This document shows, piece by piece, positions 34,717-43,285 of a DNA stretch of 64,000 nucleotides. Location: contig JAIUPN010000009.1 of assembly GCA_020160755.1 (NCBI GenBank), positions 73,694 through 137,693 of the forward strand. Reading direction: 5' to 3'. The translations under genes were made by a program, and so were the position numbers. The number at the start of each line of letters is the position of its first letter. Position 1 is the first letter of the stretch. The notes beneath the pieces are model-generated. The model was not told the origin of the DNA and made no database searches. It saw only the letters and a list, made by a program, of their open reading frames with translations. Source of the DNA: Pseudomonadota bacterium (GTDB taxonomy: Bacteria; Pseudomonadota; Alphaproteobacteria; Sphingomonadales; Sphingomonadaceae).

Positions 34717-35457
34717 ATGTTCGATCTCACCGGCATGACTGCCCTCGTCACCGGCGCTTCGGGCGGTATCGGCTCGGCCATCGCGCAGGCGCTCGCCGCG
34801 CAGGGCGCGCGGCTCGCGGTGTCGGGTTCCAACGCCGATAAGCTGAGCGCCTTTCGCGACACGCTCGGCGGCGATCATGTCGCCTTGCCGTGCAACCTCG
34901 GCGACGGCGCCGCCGTCGATGCGCTCGTGCCGTCGGCGGTCGAAGCGCTGGGCGGGCTCGACATCCTCGTGAACAACGCCGGGGTGACGCGCGACAATCT
35001 GATCATGCGGATGAAGGACGAGGAGTGGATGGATGTCATCCGCATCAACCTCGAAGCCAATTTCCGCCTCGCGCGCGCCGCGGCGAAGCCGATGATGAAG
35101 GCGCGCTTCGGGCGCATCATCTCGATCACCAGTGTCGTCGGCGCGACGGGCAATCCGGGGCAGGCCAATTATGCCGCGTCGAAGGCGGGCGTCACCGGCA
35201 TGACCAAGGCGCTGGCGCAGGAACTGGCGAGCCGCGGTGTCACCGCGAACTGCGTCGCGCCGGGCTTTATTGCCACCGCCATGACCGACGACCTGCCCGA
35301 CGCGCAGAAGGACGCGCTCAACCAGCGCATCCCCGCGGGGCGGATGGGCGAAGGGGCCGACATCGCCGCCGCGGTGGTCTATCTTGCGTCGAAGGAAGCC
35401 GGATATGTCACCGGACAGACGTTGCATGTGAACGGCGGGATGGCCATGCTGTCCTGA
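34717..35457 (+). CDS. fabG: 3-oxoacyl-ACP reductase
   Basis: SDR motifs TGASGGIGSAIA, NNAG and YAASKAG. Ends ...GQTLHVNGGMAMLS. Confidence 0.95.
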   Translation: MFDLTGMTALVTGASGGIGSAIAQALAAQGARLAVSGSNADKLSAFRDTLGGDHVALPCNLGDGAAVDALVPSAVEALGGLDILVNNAGVTRDNLIMRMKDEEWMDVIRINLEANFRLARAAAKPMMKARFGRIISITSVVGATGNPGQANYAASKAGVTGMTKALAQELASRGVTANCVAPGFIATAMTDDLPDAQKDALNQRIPAGRMGEGADIAAAVVYLASKEAGYVTGQTLHVNGGMAMLS

Positions 35458-35491
35458 CGGGACGGTCCGTCGAGGGGTGAAGGATTTGCCG

Positions 35492-36031
35492 ATGATCAAG
35501 GGTTTGATGGCGGGGGCTGTGCTGGCCTTTGCAGGGCTGCCCGGTGCCGCCCTGGCACAGGAAGGCGCGAAGCTCGATTGCGTCGTGACGTCGGTGCCGG
35601 AAGGCACGAGAAATGCTATCGGCGCCTCGATGGCGGGTGGCGGTGACGAGGCGGCACGCGAAGTGCTGTTCAAACAGCTCGCGACGATCACCGACGATTG
35701 TGTCGCGCGCCACGGCATCACCGCGGAGCAAAAGGGCCATTATTTCGATTACAGCCTCGCGCGCATCTCGCGCGAATGGCTGATGGACGATATTTCAAAG
35801 CTCAACCTGTCGACCGTGGTGGTCGACAAGGCGCTGGACTTTGGTCCGGACGGCGCAAACCCCGACTTGTCGAGCGATATGACCGAGGACCAGATCATGA
35901 AGATCGTCCAGGCCTATATCGAAAACGGGGTCGACATCGAAAAGGTCGATGGCGCGGTGTGGGAAAAGGTCGGCGCTTATGCGGCGGCGACATCGATCTA
36001 CTGGAACAAGCGCAAGCAGCTCGCCTTCTAA
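35492..36031 (+). CDS. hypothetical secreted protein
   Basis: ATG 35492 (GAAGGA 7 nt upstream). Signal peptide MIKGLMAGAVLAFAGLPGAALAQ. I recognise no family. Confidence 0.55.
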   Translation: MIKGLMAGAVLAFAGLPGAALAQEGAKLDCVVTSVPEGTRNAIGASMAGGGDEAAREVLFKQLATITDDCVARHGITAEQKGHYFDYSLARISREWLMDDISKLNLSTVVVDKALDFGPDGANPDLSSDMTEDQIMKIVQAYIENGVDIEKVDGAVWEKVGAYAAATSIYWNKRKQLAF

Positions 36032-36038
36032 AGCCGAA

Positions 36039-36070
36039 CGGGCCGGATCCGGTAAACCAGACCCGGCCCG
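36039..36070. terminator. GC-rich hairpin between convergent genes (candidate terminator)
   Basis: CGGGCCGG (36039-36046) and CCGGCCCG (36063-36070) form a perfect 8-bp stem. On the minus strand it is followed by TTCGGCTTTA. The plus strand has no clean U-tract. Confidence 0.3.
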
Positions 36071-36091
36071 CGGGACGAGCGGAGAGAGGGG

Positions 36092-38215
36092 TTAGAAGCT
36101 CGCCCGAGCCGTCAGGCGGAAATCGCGCCCGGCCAGCGGCACATAATCCTTGGTAAAGCTGGCGTGGCGGCGCGCTTCGACGTCGAAGATATTGTTCGCC
36201 GACAGGCTCAGCGTCAGATTTTTCGTATCGGGCAGCGGGCGCCAGCTGAGCGAGGCGTTGACGAGCGTGAAGCCGTCGGTCGGGGTCTCGAACTGCGCGG
36301 TGCGCGTCTGGTCGTCGGTCCATTCAACCTCGACGCGTGCATCGACACGCTCGCCCTGCGCTTCGAGCCCGCCGAGGATGCGAAGCGGCGGGATACGCGG
36401 GACATTGCGGTCGAGACCTGCGTTCTTGATCTTCGCACGCGTCATGTCGGCAGTCACGTCGCCGACGATATTGAACCCGGCGATCTGCGCCAGCCGCGCG
36501 CTTGCCTCGGCCTCGAAGCCATAGACGCGCGCGTCGCGCTGGAAATACTGGAAGACGGGCAATTCATCCTCTTCGGCGCCCGTCGCGGCCGAATAGATGA
36601 AATTGTCGAACCAGTTCGAATAGCCGGTGAGGCTGAGGTTGAAGGCGTCGGTTTTGATTTTGAACGAGGCTTCGGCGCCCCAGTTGGATTCGCGCTTCAG
36701 ATTCGGGTCGCCCAGCTCGAAGCTTTGCGTCGCGATATGCGGACCGTTCGACAGCAGTTCCTCGGCCGACGGCGCGCGGACGGCCCGCGATACCGAGACG
36801 CCGAATTTTGCGCCCTCGAACAGGTCATAGGTCGCGCCGAGCGCGCCCGAGAAGCTGTCGAAACTGCGATCGAAGTTCACCGTCTGCGCGCGCACACTGG
36901 TCTTTTCATAACGCGCCGCGGCTTCGAGGCCGAGCGGACCCATCGTCAGTTCCTGCAACGTGAACAGCGCGAACTGGTCGGTCAGGTTGCGCGGCACAAA
37001 GGCCTCGGCGCCGACCGCATCGAAGTCGCGGTGGCTATATTGCACGCCGCTCGCGCCGCGCCAGCCGCCGCGGTCGTTCTGCGCCAGCTCGATCCGGCCT
37101 TCGACGCCCTGGTTGGTGAAGACGGTGCCGACTTCGTCGCCTTCGAACTCGGTGTGCTTGTAATCGGCAAAACCCGCGCGGATGCGCAGCTTGTCGAAGA
37201 AGCCGTCGCCCAGCTCGACTTCGCCGCGCAGGTCCGCGCGCCATTGCTTCATGCCGATGGTGACGGGGCCTTCGCCATGCTCATGGCCGCCCTCTTCCTC
37301 GCCGCCATGGTCGTGCGCGGTGTTCGGCCGGTCGGGCACGCCATAATTGGTGTCGAAATAGCCGATTGAAATGCCGAGCTGGCCGCCGTCGTTGATCAAC
37401 GAGATGCCGCCGCCGGCGGTCCAGGTCTCGCTTTGCGTGTTGTCGATCTTGCCGCGCTTGCCCGCCTGCGCGGTCAGCTCGGCCGCCTCGTCGAGATGCC
37501 CGTCCTCGACCGCATGTTCGGCGAGGTGGAGCAGGTCGCCGCGAATATCGGGAGCGTAGACGAAGCCGCCGCTGCGCGTGTCACCCGTCTTGCGCCAGCT
37601 GCCGTCGAGGTGCGCGACGATCTGCGGGCTCAATGCGACGTCGATCGAGCTGCCGATGTTGCGGTCGTTCGCGGCGGTCGCATAACCGCCGATCGCATCG
37701 ACATGGACATGGTCGGCGGGGACTTTGCGGGGAATCCGCCGGTCGAACATATTCACCGCGCCGCCGATCGCCTGGCTGCCGAACAGCAGCACCGCGGGGC
37801 CGCGCAGGATCTCGATGCGTTCGACGGTCAGCGGGTCGATGGTGACGGCATGGTCGGCCGAGGTGTTCGACGCGTCGATCGATCCGATGCCGTCGGTCAG
37901 CACGCGGACGCGCTCGCCCGAAAAGCCGCGCAGGACGGGGCGCGACGCGCCGGGGGAGAAGCTCGTCGCCGATACGCCGGGCTGGCGAGTGAGGGTGTCG
38001 CCGATCTGGCCGCGGATGTCGCGCGCCAGCTCGTCGCCTTCGAGCACCGACACATTGCCGAGGATGTCGAGGCTGCGGACATAGGGCGCGGTGACAACGA
38101 TCGGTTCGCCCGTGTGCACATCATCGTCGCTTCCCGCCGCGGCGCGGTCTTGCGCAAAGGCAGGGGCGGCGAGGAAGAGGGCAAGGGTGAAACCGGCAGA
38201 GCAAAGCAAACGCAT
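36092..38215 (-). CDS. TonB-dependent receptor with a His/Glu-rich loop (ZnuD-like, metal uptake suspected)
   Basis: Signal peptide MRLLCSAGFTLALFLAAPAFAQ, plug region GEPIVVTAPYVRSLDILGNVSV, loop NTAHDHGGEEEGGHEHGEGP, and a terminal ...LTARASF. Confidence 0.9.
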   Translation of the reverse strand: MRLLCSAGFTLALFLAAPAFAQDRAAAGSDDDVHTGEPIVVTAPYVRSLDILGNVSVLEGDELARDIRGQIGDTLTRQPGVSATSFSPGASRPVLRGFSGERVRVLTDGIGSIDASNTSADHAVTIDPLTVERIEILRGPAVLLFGSQAIGGAVNMFDRRIPRKVPADHVHVDAIGGYATAANDRNIGSSIDVALSPQIVAHLDGSWRKTGDTRSGGFVYAPDIRGDLLHLAEHAVEDGHLDEAAELTAQAGKRGKIDNTQSETWTAGGGISLINDGGQLGISIGYFDTNYGVPDRPNTAHDHGGEEEGGHEHGEGPVTIGMKQWRADLRGEVELGDGFFDKLRIRAGFADYKHTEFEGDEVGTVFTNQGVEGRIELAQNDRGGWRGASGVQYSHRDFDAVGAEAFVPRNLTDQFALFTLQELTMGPLGLEAAARYEKTSVRAQTVNFDRSFDSFSGALGATYDLFEGAKFGVSVSRAVRAPSAEELLSNGPHIATQSFELGDPNLKRESNWGAEASFKIKTDAFNLSLTGYSNWFDNFIYSAATGAEEDELPVFQYFQRDARVYGFEAEASARLAQIAGFNIVGDVTADMTRAKIKNAGLDRNVPRIPPLRILGGLEAQGERVDARVEVEWTDDQTRTAQFETPTDGFTLVNASLSWRPLPDTKNLTLSLSANNIFDVEARRHASFTKDYVPLAGRDFRLTARASF

Positions 38216-38257
38216 AAGGGGAGAGTCCTGTTATATGGCGACCTGGTGGCGCACCCA

Positions 38258-38275
38258 GTAATGATATACTGTTAC
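38258..38275. promoter_or_regulatory. AT-rich imperfect palindrome GTAATGATATACTGTTAC (candidate Zur/Fur-family operator)
   Basis: Read directly from the sequence. It lies 43-60 nt upstream of the His-rich receptor ATG, in the divergent region shared with cysK. GTAA/TTAC outer arms and an embedded TATACT. Confidence 0.3.
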
Positions 38276-38408
38276 AATGACAACCCCCGAGGTCGCTTCG
38301 GCCTGTCGTTCGTCGGACGCCGATGTCCGTTAGTCGACAAACGCCGGCCATGGGTGGGGCAAGCGAAGCTGTCTTGCGGGGCGCCGGGCGCCGCCCTAGA
38401 TCAGGCAC

Positions 38409-39386
38409 ATGACTATTGCTGCAAACAGCCTCGACCTCATCGGCAACACCCCGCTGGTGCTGCTGAAGGGACCGAGCGAAGCCACCGGCTGCGAAATCTG
38501 GGGCAAGTGCGAATATGCGAACCCCGGCGGATCGGTGAAGGACCGCGCCGCACTCTATATCGTCCGCGATGCTGAAGCGAACGGCAGCCTGCGCCCCGGC
38601 GGCACGATCGTCGAGGGGACCGCGGGCAACACCGGCATCGGCCTCGCGCTCGTCGGTAACGCCTTGGGTTACAAGACGATCATCGTGATGCCCGACAACC
38701 AGAGCGCCGAGAAAATGGCGACGATCCGCGCCTTGGGCGCCGAACTGGTGCTCGTCCCGCCCGCGCCCTTCGCCAATCCCGGCCATTTCGTCCACACCTC
38801 GCGCCGCATCGCCGAGGAAACCGACAATGCGATCTGGGCGAACCAGTTCGACAATATCGCCAACCGCAAGTCGCACATCTTCGGCACCGCCGAAGAAATC
38901 TGGGCGCAGATGGACGGCCGCATCGACGGCTTCACCTGCGCCGCGGGCACCGGCGGCACGATCGCGGGAACCGGGCTGGGGCTGAAGGCGCATAATGCCG
39001 ACATCGTCGTCGCGCTCACCGACCCGCACGGCGCCGGGCTGTATAATTATTACCAGTGCGGCGAACTGAAAGCCGAAGGCACCAGCGTCGCCGAGGGGAT
39101 CGGGCAGAACCGCATCACCGCCAATCTCGACGGCGCGCCGATTGACACCCAGTTTCGCATTTCGGATGCCGAAGGGCTGGCGGTCGTCCGCGCGCTGCTC
39201 GACGAGGAGGGGCTGTGCCTCGGCCTGTCGTCGGGGATCAACGTCGCGGGCGCGATGGCGCTCGCGCGGCAATTGGGGCCGGGCAAGCGGATCGCAACCA
39301 TCCTGTGCGACAGCGGGTTTCGCTATCTTTCGACGCTCTACAACCCCGAATGGCTGGCGAGCAAAGGTCTGGAGACAGCGGCATGA
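38409..39386 (+). CDS. cysK: cysteine synthase A-like PLP enzyme
   Basis: LIGNTPLVLL, PLP-lysine NPGGSVKDRAA and GTAGNTGIGLA. 325 aa. Confidence 0.85.
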   Translation: MTIAANSLDLIGNTPLVLLKGPSEATGCEIWGKCEYANPGGSVKDRAALYIVRDAEANGSLRPGGTIVEGTAGNTGIGLALVGNALGYKTIIVMPDNQSAEKMATIRALGAELVLVPPAPFANPGHFVHTSRRIAEETDNAIWANQFDNIANRKSHIFGTAEEIWAQMDGRIDGFTCAAGTGGTIAGTGLGLKAHNADIVVALTDPHGAGLYNYYQCGELKAEGTSVAEGIGQNRITANLDGAPIDTQFRISDAEGLAVVRALLDEEGLCLGLSSGINVAGAMALARQLGPGKRIATILCDSGFRYLSTLYNPEWLASKGLETAA

Positions 39387-39787
39387 GCGGGATCAGGATC
39401 GACAACAGCTCCGCGCCCCAGCCGCAGCCAGAGCCGCCGCCACCCGTCGCACCCGTGAACGACACGATGCGGCGCCTGCAGATCGGCATCGCGGGGGTGC
39501 TGACGGTGCTGCTCCTCGTCGGCATGGCGGGGCTGATCGGCGAACGCGCGCGCGAACGCGCCGCAGGTGACGTCGCCGCGACGGCCGAGGTGAAAATGCC
39601 CGGCGACGAACTGAAAAGCAGCGGCGCGCCGCTGGAAGAGCTCGGCGTGCAGGCGGTCCAGCCTTCGTCGAAGGATGAGAATGCGGCGACCGCGGCGAAG
39701 GTCCCACAGGCAGCGCCCTCGGCATCGAGCGTCCCCGACCTCGAACCTGATCCCGCACTCCAGCGCGCGCGCCAGTCGAAGCAGTGA
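39383..39787 (+). CDS. hypothetical single-pass membrane protein (Pro-rich N-terminus, disordered C-terminus)
   Basis: ATG 39383 (ATGA overlap with the cysK stop). TM segment LQIGIAGVLTVLLLVGMAGLI. Confidence 0.5.
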   Translation: MSGIRIDNSSAPQPQPEPPPPVAPVNDTMRRLQIGIAGVLTVLLLVGMAGLIGERARERAAGDVAATAEVKMPGDELKSSGAPLEELGVQAVQPSSKDENAATAAKVPQAAPSASSVPDLEPDPALQRARQSKQ

Positions 39788-40947
39788 CCGCGGCACTGCG
39801 CCGGCCGATGCTGCGCGCCTCGATAATCGCCGCTGCGGTTGCCGCGCTGACGTGGGTCGCGGGCGGGCAGGCGCTGCTCGGACGGATCGACCCGGCACTG
39901 GCGATCCCGCTGCTCGCGCTGCCGATGCTGTTTCTCGCGTGGTGGCAACGCGATGAAACCGCAGCGATGCGGACTCGCACCTGCATCCTGACACTGGCGT
40001 TCTTGGCGGTTACGCAGGCCGCGCTTGCGGTCATCCTCGCGGGAGCGGCGGCGTGGCTGGAACTGCTCGCGACAATCTTTGCGGCGGTACTGGTGGCATG
40101 GCTCGGTGACCAGCTCGTCCAGTGGCGCCCCCGAACGCGCGTTCTGTCTTGGCTGGCGGGGCTGCTGCTTGTGGTCGGCTGGTTCGGTGCGGGCCATGTG
40201 TTGCTTGCGATCCTGTACCGGCCGGCGACGGCGTCGGCGGATGCGCCCCCGGTCACCATGCTCACCGGCCTGCCGCTACGCTGGTCGGCGGGTGGGAACA
40301 TTGCGGCGATGATTGCCGAGGGGACAAATGACGACCCCGCGCTCGCCCGGCTGATTGCGTCGGGGCCGGTGTCGCTTGTCGACAGTCTTGCCGATCATGT
40401 GCCGCCCCCCGGGGGAACCCTGCTGATCGCGCACCCGCGCGCGCTGGCACCGCAGGAACTGGTTGCCATCGATGCCTTCGTGCGCGGGGGCGGGCGGGCG
40501 GTCGTGCTCGCCGATGCGCTTTCAGGCTGGCCCGCCCGCCATCCGCTCGGCGATCCGCGCAATGCGCCCGTCACGAGTCTGCTGACCCCGCTGCTCGACC
40601 ATTGGGGTGTGACGCTGGGCGCGGCGTCCCCCGGCGAGGAGGCTGCGCTCCCCGCCGATATCGATGGCGCGCGCCTTCGCTTGTTCAGCGCGGGACGCTT
40701 CGACCGGCTGCCGAAGGCCTGTCGCGCCTTCGCCGACCGGCATGTCGCGCGCTGTTCGATCGGCGCGGGCGAGGCATGGCTCGTTGGCGACGCCGACCTG
40801 ATCTTCGCGCCGCTGTGGCGCCCGCTTGTCCCCGGCGCCGACCATTTGCGGCAGGCGGATACGATGGAATGGCTGTCCGCGCACCTGTGGCGCGGCGCGG
40901 GGAGTGCCTTGCTCCACCCGCTCTGGATCCGCGCCAGCGCCCTTTGA
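39784..40947 (+). CDS. hypothetical polytopic membrane protein with a C-terminal soluble domain
   Basis: GTG 39784 (GTGA overlap). About 5 predicted TM helices in the first 150 aa, followed by a roughly 230-aa domain (..LLIAHPRALAPQELVAIDAFVRGGGRAVVLADAL..). Confidence 0.55.
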   Translation: MTAALRRPMLRASIIAAAVAALTWVAGGQALLGRIDPALAIPLLALPMLFLAWWQRDETAAMRTRTCILTLAFLAVTQAALAVILAGAAAWLELLATIFAAVLVAWLGDQLVQWRPRTRVLSWLAGLLLVVGWFGAGHVLLAILYRPATASADAPPVTMLTGLPLRWSAGGNIAAMIAEGTNDDPALARLIASGPVSLVDSLADHVPPPGGTLLIAHPRALAPQELVAIDAFVRGGGRAVVLADALSGWPARHPLGDPRNAPVTSLLTPLLDHWGVTLGAASPGEEAALPADIDGARLRLFSAGRFDRLPKACRAFADRHVARCSIGAGEAWLVGDADLIFAPLWRPLVPGADHLRQADTMEWLSAHLWRGAGSALLHPLWIRASAL

Positions 40948-40954
40948 GTCGGCG

Positions 40955-41099
40955 TTTTCGCCCCAATTTACCCCGACTGTCGTGCACGCGCGGCGCGCTG
41001 TCTGCGCCGTGGGACCGGTATTTACCCAATTCGGAGCGCTTTTTGCGGTAAATGGGAGCTAGATTCCCTGTTTCACCCTAAATTACCCCTTTTCACCCC
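40955..41099 (+). repeat. array of wwTTyACCCC repeats upstream of mraZ (candidate MraZ operator / Pmra region)
   Basis: Copies at 40955-64 TTTTCGCCCC, 40965-74 AATTTACCCC, 41019-28 TATTTACCCA, 41047-56 (inverted) GGTAAATGGG, 41069-78 TGTTTCACCC, 41080-89 AAATTACCCC and 41090-99 TTTTCACCCC. The last three and the first two are contiguous with a 10-11-nt period. A TATAGT hexamer sits at 41104-41109. Confidence 0.4.
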
Positions 41100-41159
41100 G
41101 ATCTATAGTTGATACTCAGGAATCGGAGAGGGGCAATCTCCACCCGTGCCGAACCAGCT

Positions 41160-41175
41160 GGAATCCTGCGATTCC
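41160..41175. promoter_or_regulatory. palindrome GGAATC-CTGC-GATTCC carrying two GANTC (CcrM-type) sites in the mraZ leader
   Basis: Read directly from the sequence, 49 nt upstream of the proposed mraZ ATG. Confidence 0.3.
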
Positions 41176-41223
41176 TGGGACGGGGAAGCTTTGCCCGGTG
41201 GCGCGAATACGGGGGGCAGAGCG

Positions 41224-41724
41224 ATGGCGATTGTGACGCCCGGCCAGTATGCGGGCACCAGTTTCGCCGCGATCGATGGCAAGGGGCGGATCGCCGTTCC
41301 CTCTCAGTTCCGCAACAATGTGCCCCTCATTGCGGATGGCCAGCGCGTGCTTTGGGTCGGTTTCCACGAAAAGCTGCCCTGCCTCGTCGCCTACGGCCAG
41401 GATCAATATGATCGGCTGAACGGCGAGATCGAGCGCGACCGTGAAACCGCGCGGCTGCGCAACCTCGACTTCGACGAGGACGCCGAGTTCAAGAAGCGCT
41501 TCAGCTACACCGAGCCCTATACGCTCGACGACAGCGGCCGCTTCCTTCCCAGCTTCATCCACCGCGACCGCGTCGGCGATGCCGGCGCGACGGCTTTTGT
41601 GGGGTCGGGTCGTCGTCTCGAAATCTGGTGGCTGCCGACTCTCGCCGAATGCGCCGACGCCGATCCGGTGCTCCAGCGCCTCGCGGCCTCATGGGATGCC
41701 ACGAAAGGGAAGGGGCGCAAGTGA
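41224..41724 (+). CDS. mraZ: transcriptional regulator MraZ
   Basis: ORF 41146..41724 trimmed to ATG 41224 ([30 protein letters not shown]), matching the usual distance from the start to the DxKGR motif. A second SpoVT/AbrB-like half contains [12 protein letters not shown]. Confidence 0.85.
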   Translation: MAIVTPGQYAGTSFAAIDGKGRIAVPSQFRNNVPLIADGQRVLWVGFHEKLPCLVAYGQDQYDRLNGEIERDRETARLRNLDFDEDAEFKKRFSYTEPYTLDDSGRFLPSFIHRDRVGDAGATAFVGSGRRLEIWWLPTLAECADADPVLQRLAASWDATKGKGRK

Positions 41725-42707
41725 CCGACCTTTCCCCCGGTCTCCCTCGGGATCCCCGCCACGATCCGGTCCTCCGTGAAGAAGTCATCGCCGCCCTCGC
41801 TATCGCCCCCGGCGAGCGACATGTCGATGCGACCTTCGGTGCCGGCGGCTACACGCGCGCGATGCTCGCTGCGGGCGCCGATGTCATCGCCTGCGACCGC
41901 GATCCCGATGCGATTGCCGGCGGACAGGCACTCGTTGAAGAAGCGGGCGGCAAGCTGACGCTGATCCATGGCCGCTTCGGCGAAATCGACCGGTTGCTCG
42001 CCGAGCGCGGGATCGATGCCGTCGACGGTATCACCTTCGACATCGGCGTCTCCTCGATGCAGCTCGATCAGGGCGAGCGCGGTTTTTCGTTCCAGAAGGA
42101 TGGCCCGCTCGACATGCGCATGGCGCAGGAGGGCGAAAGCGCCGCCGACTGGCTGAACCGCGCCGACGAGACCGAGATCGCCGACGTCCTCTTCCACTAT
42201 GGCGACGAACGCCAGTCGCGCCGCGTCGCGCGCGCGATCGTCGCGGCGCGCCCGCTAACCCGGACCGGCGAACTGGCGACGGTGATCCGCAAGGCGCTGC
42301 GCCATCCGCCCGGCGCGCCCAAGGATCCCTCGACGAAAAGCTTTCAGGCGATCCGTATCCATATCAACGGTGAACTCGACGAACTCGTCGCGGGGCTCAA
42401 TGCCGCCGAGCGGCTGCTCCGCCCCGGCGGCCGGCTGGCGGTCGTCAGCTTTCACAGCACCGAGGACCGGATTGTGAAGAATTTTCTGCGCGAACGCAGC
42501 GGTGGCGATGCCGCGGGTTCGCGCCACCGGCCCGCGCCGACGACTCCTCTGGCGCGGGCCGCAACCTTCGAAACCCCGGCGCGCAAGGTGCGCCCGGGCA
42601 AGGCCGAAGAGGCGCGCAACCCGCGCGCCCGTTCGGCGACACTGCGTAGCGCGATCCGGACCGCTGCTCCGGCCCATTCGACGATGAAGGAGGCAATGTC
42701 ATGCTGA
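41721..42707 (+). CDS. rsmH: 16S rRNA (cytosine1402-N4)-methyltransferase
   Basis: GTG 41721 (GTGA overlap). [27 protein letters not shown] and [11 protein letters not shown]. Confidence 0.93.
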   Translation: MTDLSPGLPRDPRHDPVLREEVIAALAIAPGERHVDATFGAGGYTRAMLAAGADVIACDRDPDAIAGGQALVEEAGGKLTLIHGRFGEIDRLLAERGIDAVDGITFDIGVSSMQLDQGERGFSFQKDGPLDMRMAQEGESAADWLNRADETEIADVLFHYGDERQSRRVARAIVAARPLTRTGELATVIRKALRHPPGAPKDPSTKSFQAIRIHINGELDELVAGLNAAERLLRPGGRLAVVSFHSTEDRIVKNFLRERSGGDAAGSRHRPAPTTPLARAATFETPARKVRPGKAEEARNPRARSATLRSAIRTAAPAHSTMKEAMSC

Positions 42708-43285
42708 TGGCGGCCCGCAAGCTCCAGGGGATCGGCCTGGTTCTGCTCGTGCTCATCTTCGCGATGATGCTTTACCCCGTGTCGCTCAAGGTTGCGGCGA
42801 CGCGCAGCGAACTGACGCGCATCGAACGGCAGATCGACCGGACGCGCGACAATATCCGCTATCTCGAATCCGAACTCGCGGTGCGCGCCTCGATGCGCCA
42901 GCTCGAACAGTGGAACGCCGACACCTTCGGCTATTCGGCGCCCGACGCCGGCCAGTATCTGTCGAACGAACGCCAGCTCGCCTCGCTCGACCGCCTGCCG
43001 CGTGCACGCGGCGCCAACGAAGTCGCGCCGGTGCTGATGGCGATGGTCTCGCCCGTCGGCGCTCCCGCGCCGGTCAAGGCGGCCGTTGCGCCGAAAGTCG
43101 CGGCGGCCAAGCCGATCGTGATCGCGCAGGCCGATATCCGCAGCGATACGCCGCCGCGGATGGCGCCGACGCGCCGGCGCGAACAGCTCAAGATGATCGA
43201 GGACCAGCTGCTTGCCGAATCGACGCTCGCCGATCTCAAGCGCGCGGCTGCGGCCGAGGCGGCGGGAGGAAAGTCCGGCCGATGA
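42701..43285 (+). CDS. ftsL: cell division protein FtsL-like (alphaproteobacterial type)
   Basis: 194 aa. N-terminal [18 protein letters not shown] followed by the coiled coil [29 protein letters not shown]. Its position lies between rsmH and ftsI. Confidence 0.75.
   Translation: MLMAARKLQGIGLVLLVLIFAMMLYPVSLKVAATRSELTRIERQIDRTRDNIRYLESELAVRASMRQLEQWNADTFGYSAPDAGQYLSNERQLASLDRLPRARGANEVAPVLMAMVSPVGAPAPVKAAVAPKVAAAKPIVIAQADIRSDTPPRMAPTRRREQLKMIEDQLLAESTLADLKRAAAAEAAGGKSGR

Noticed and set aside
39383-39787. PEPPPP followed by a TM helix and an Arg-rich stretch, reminiscent of a PEP-CTERM sorting signal.
   Set aside because: The element is at the N-terminus of the protein, with no preceding signal peptide or passenger domain. 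PEP-CTERM signals are C-terminal.
41146-41223. GTG 41146 as the mraZ start (192-aa product).
   Set aside because: It adds 26 non-conserved residues and would make the GANTC palindrome coding. ATG 41224 gives the usual distance to the DxKGR motif.
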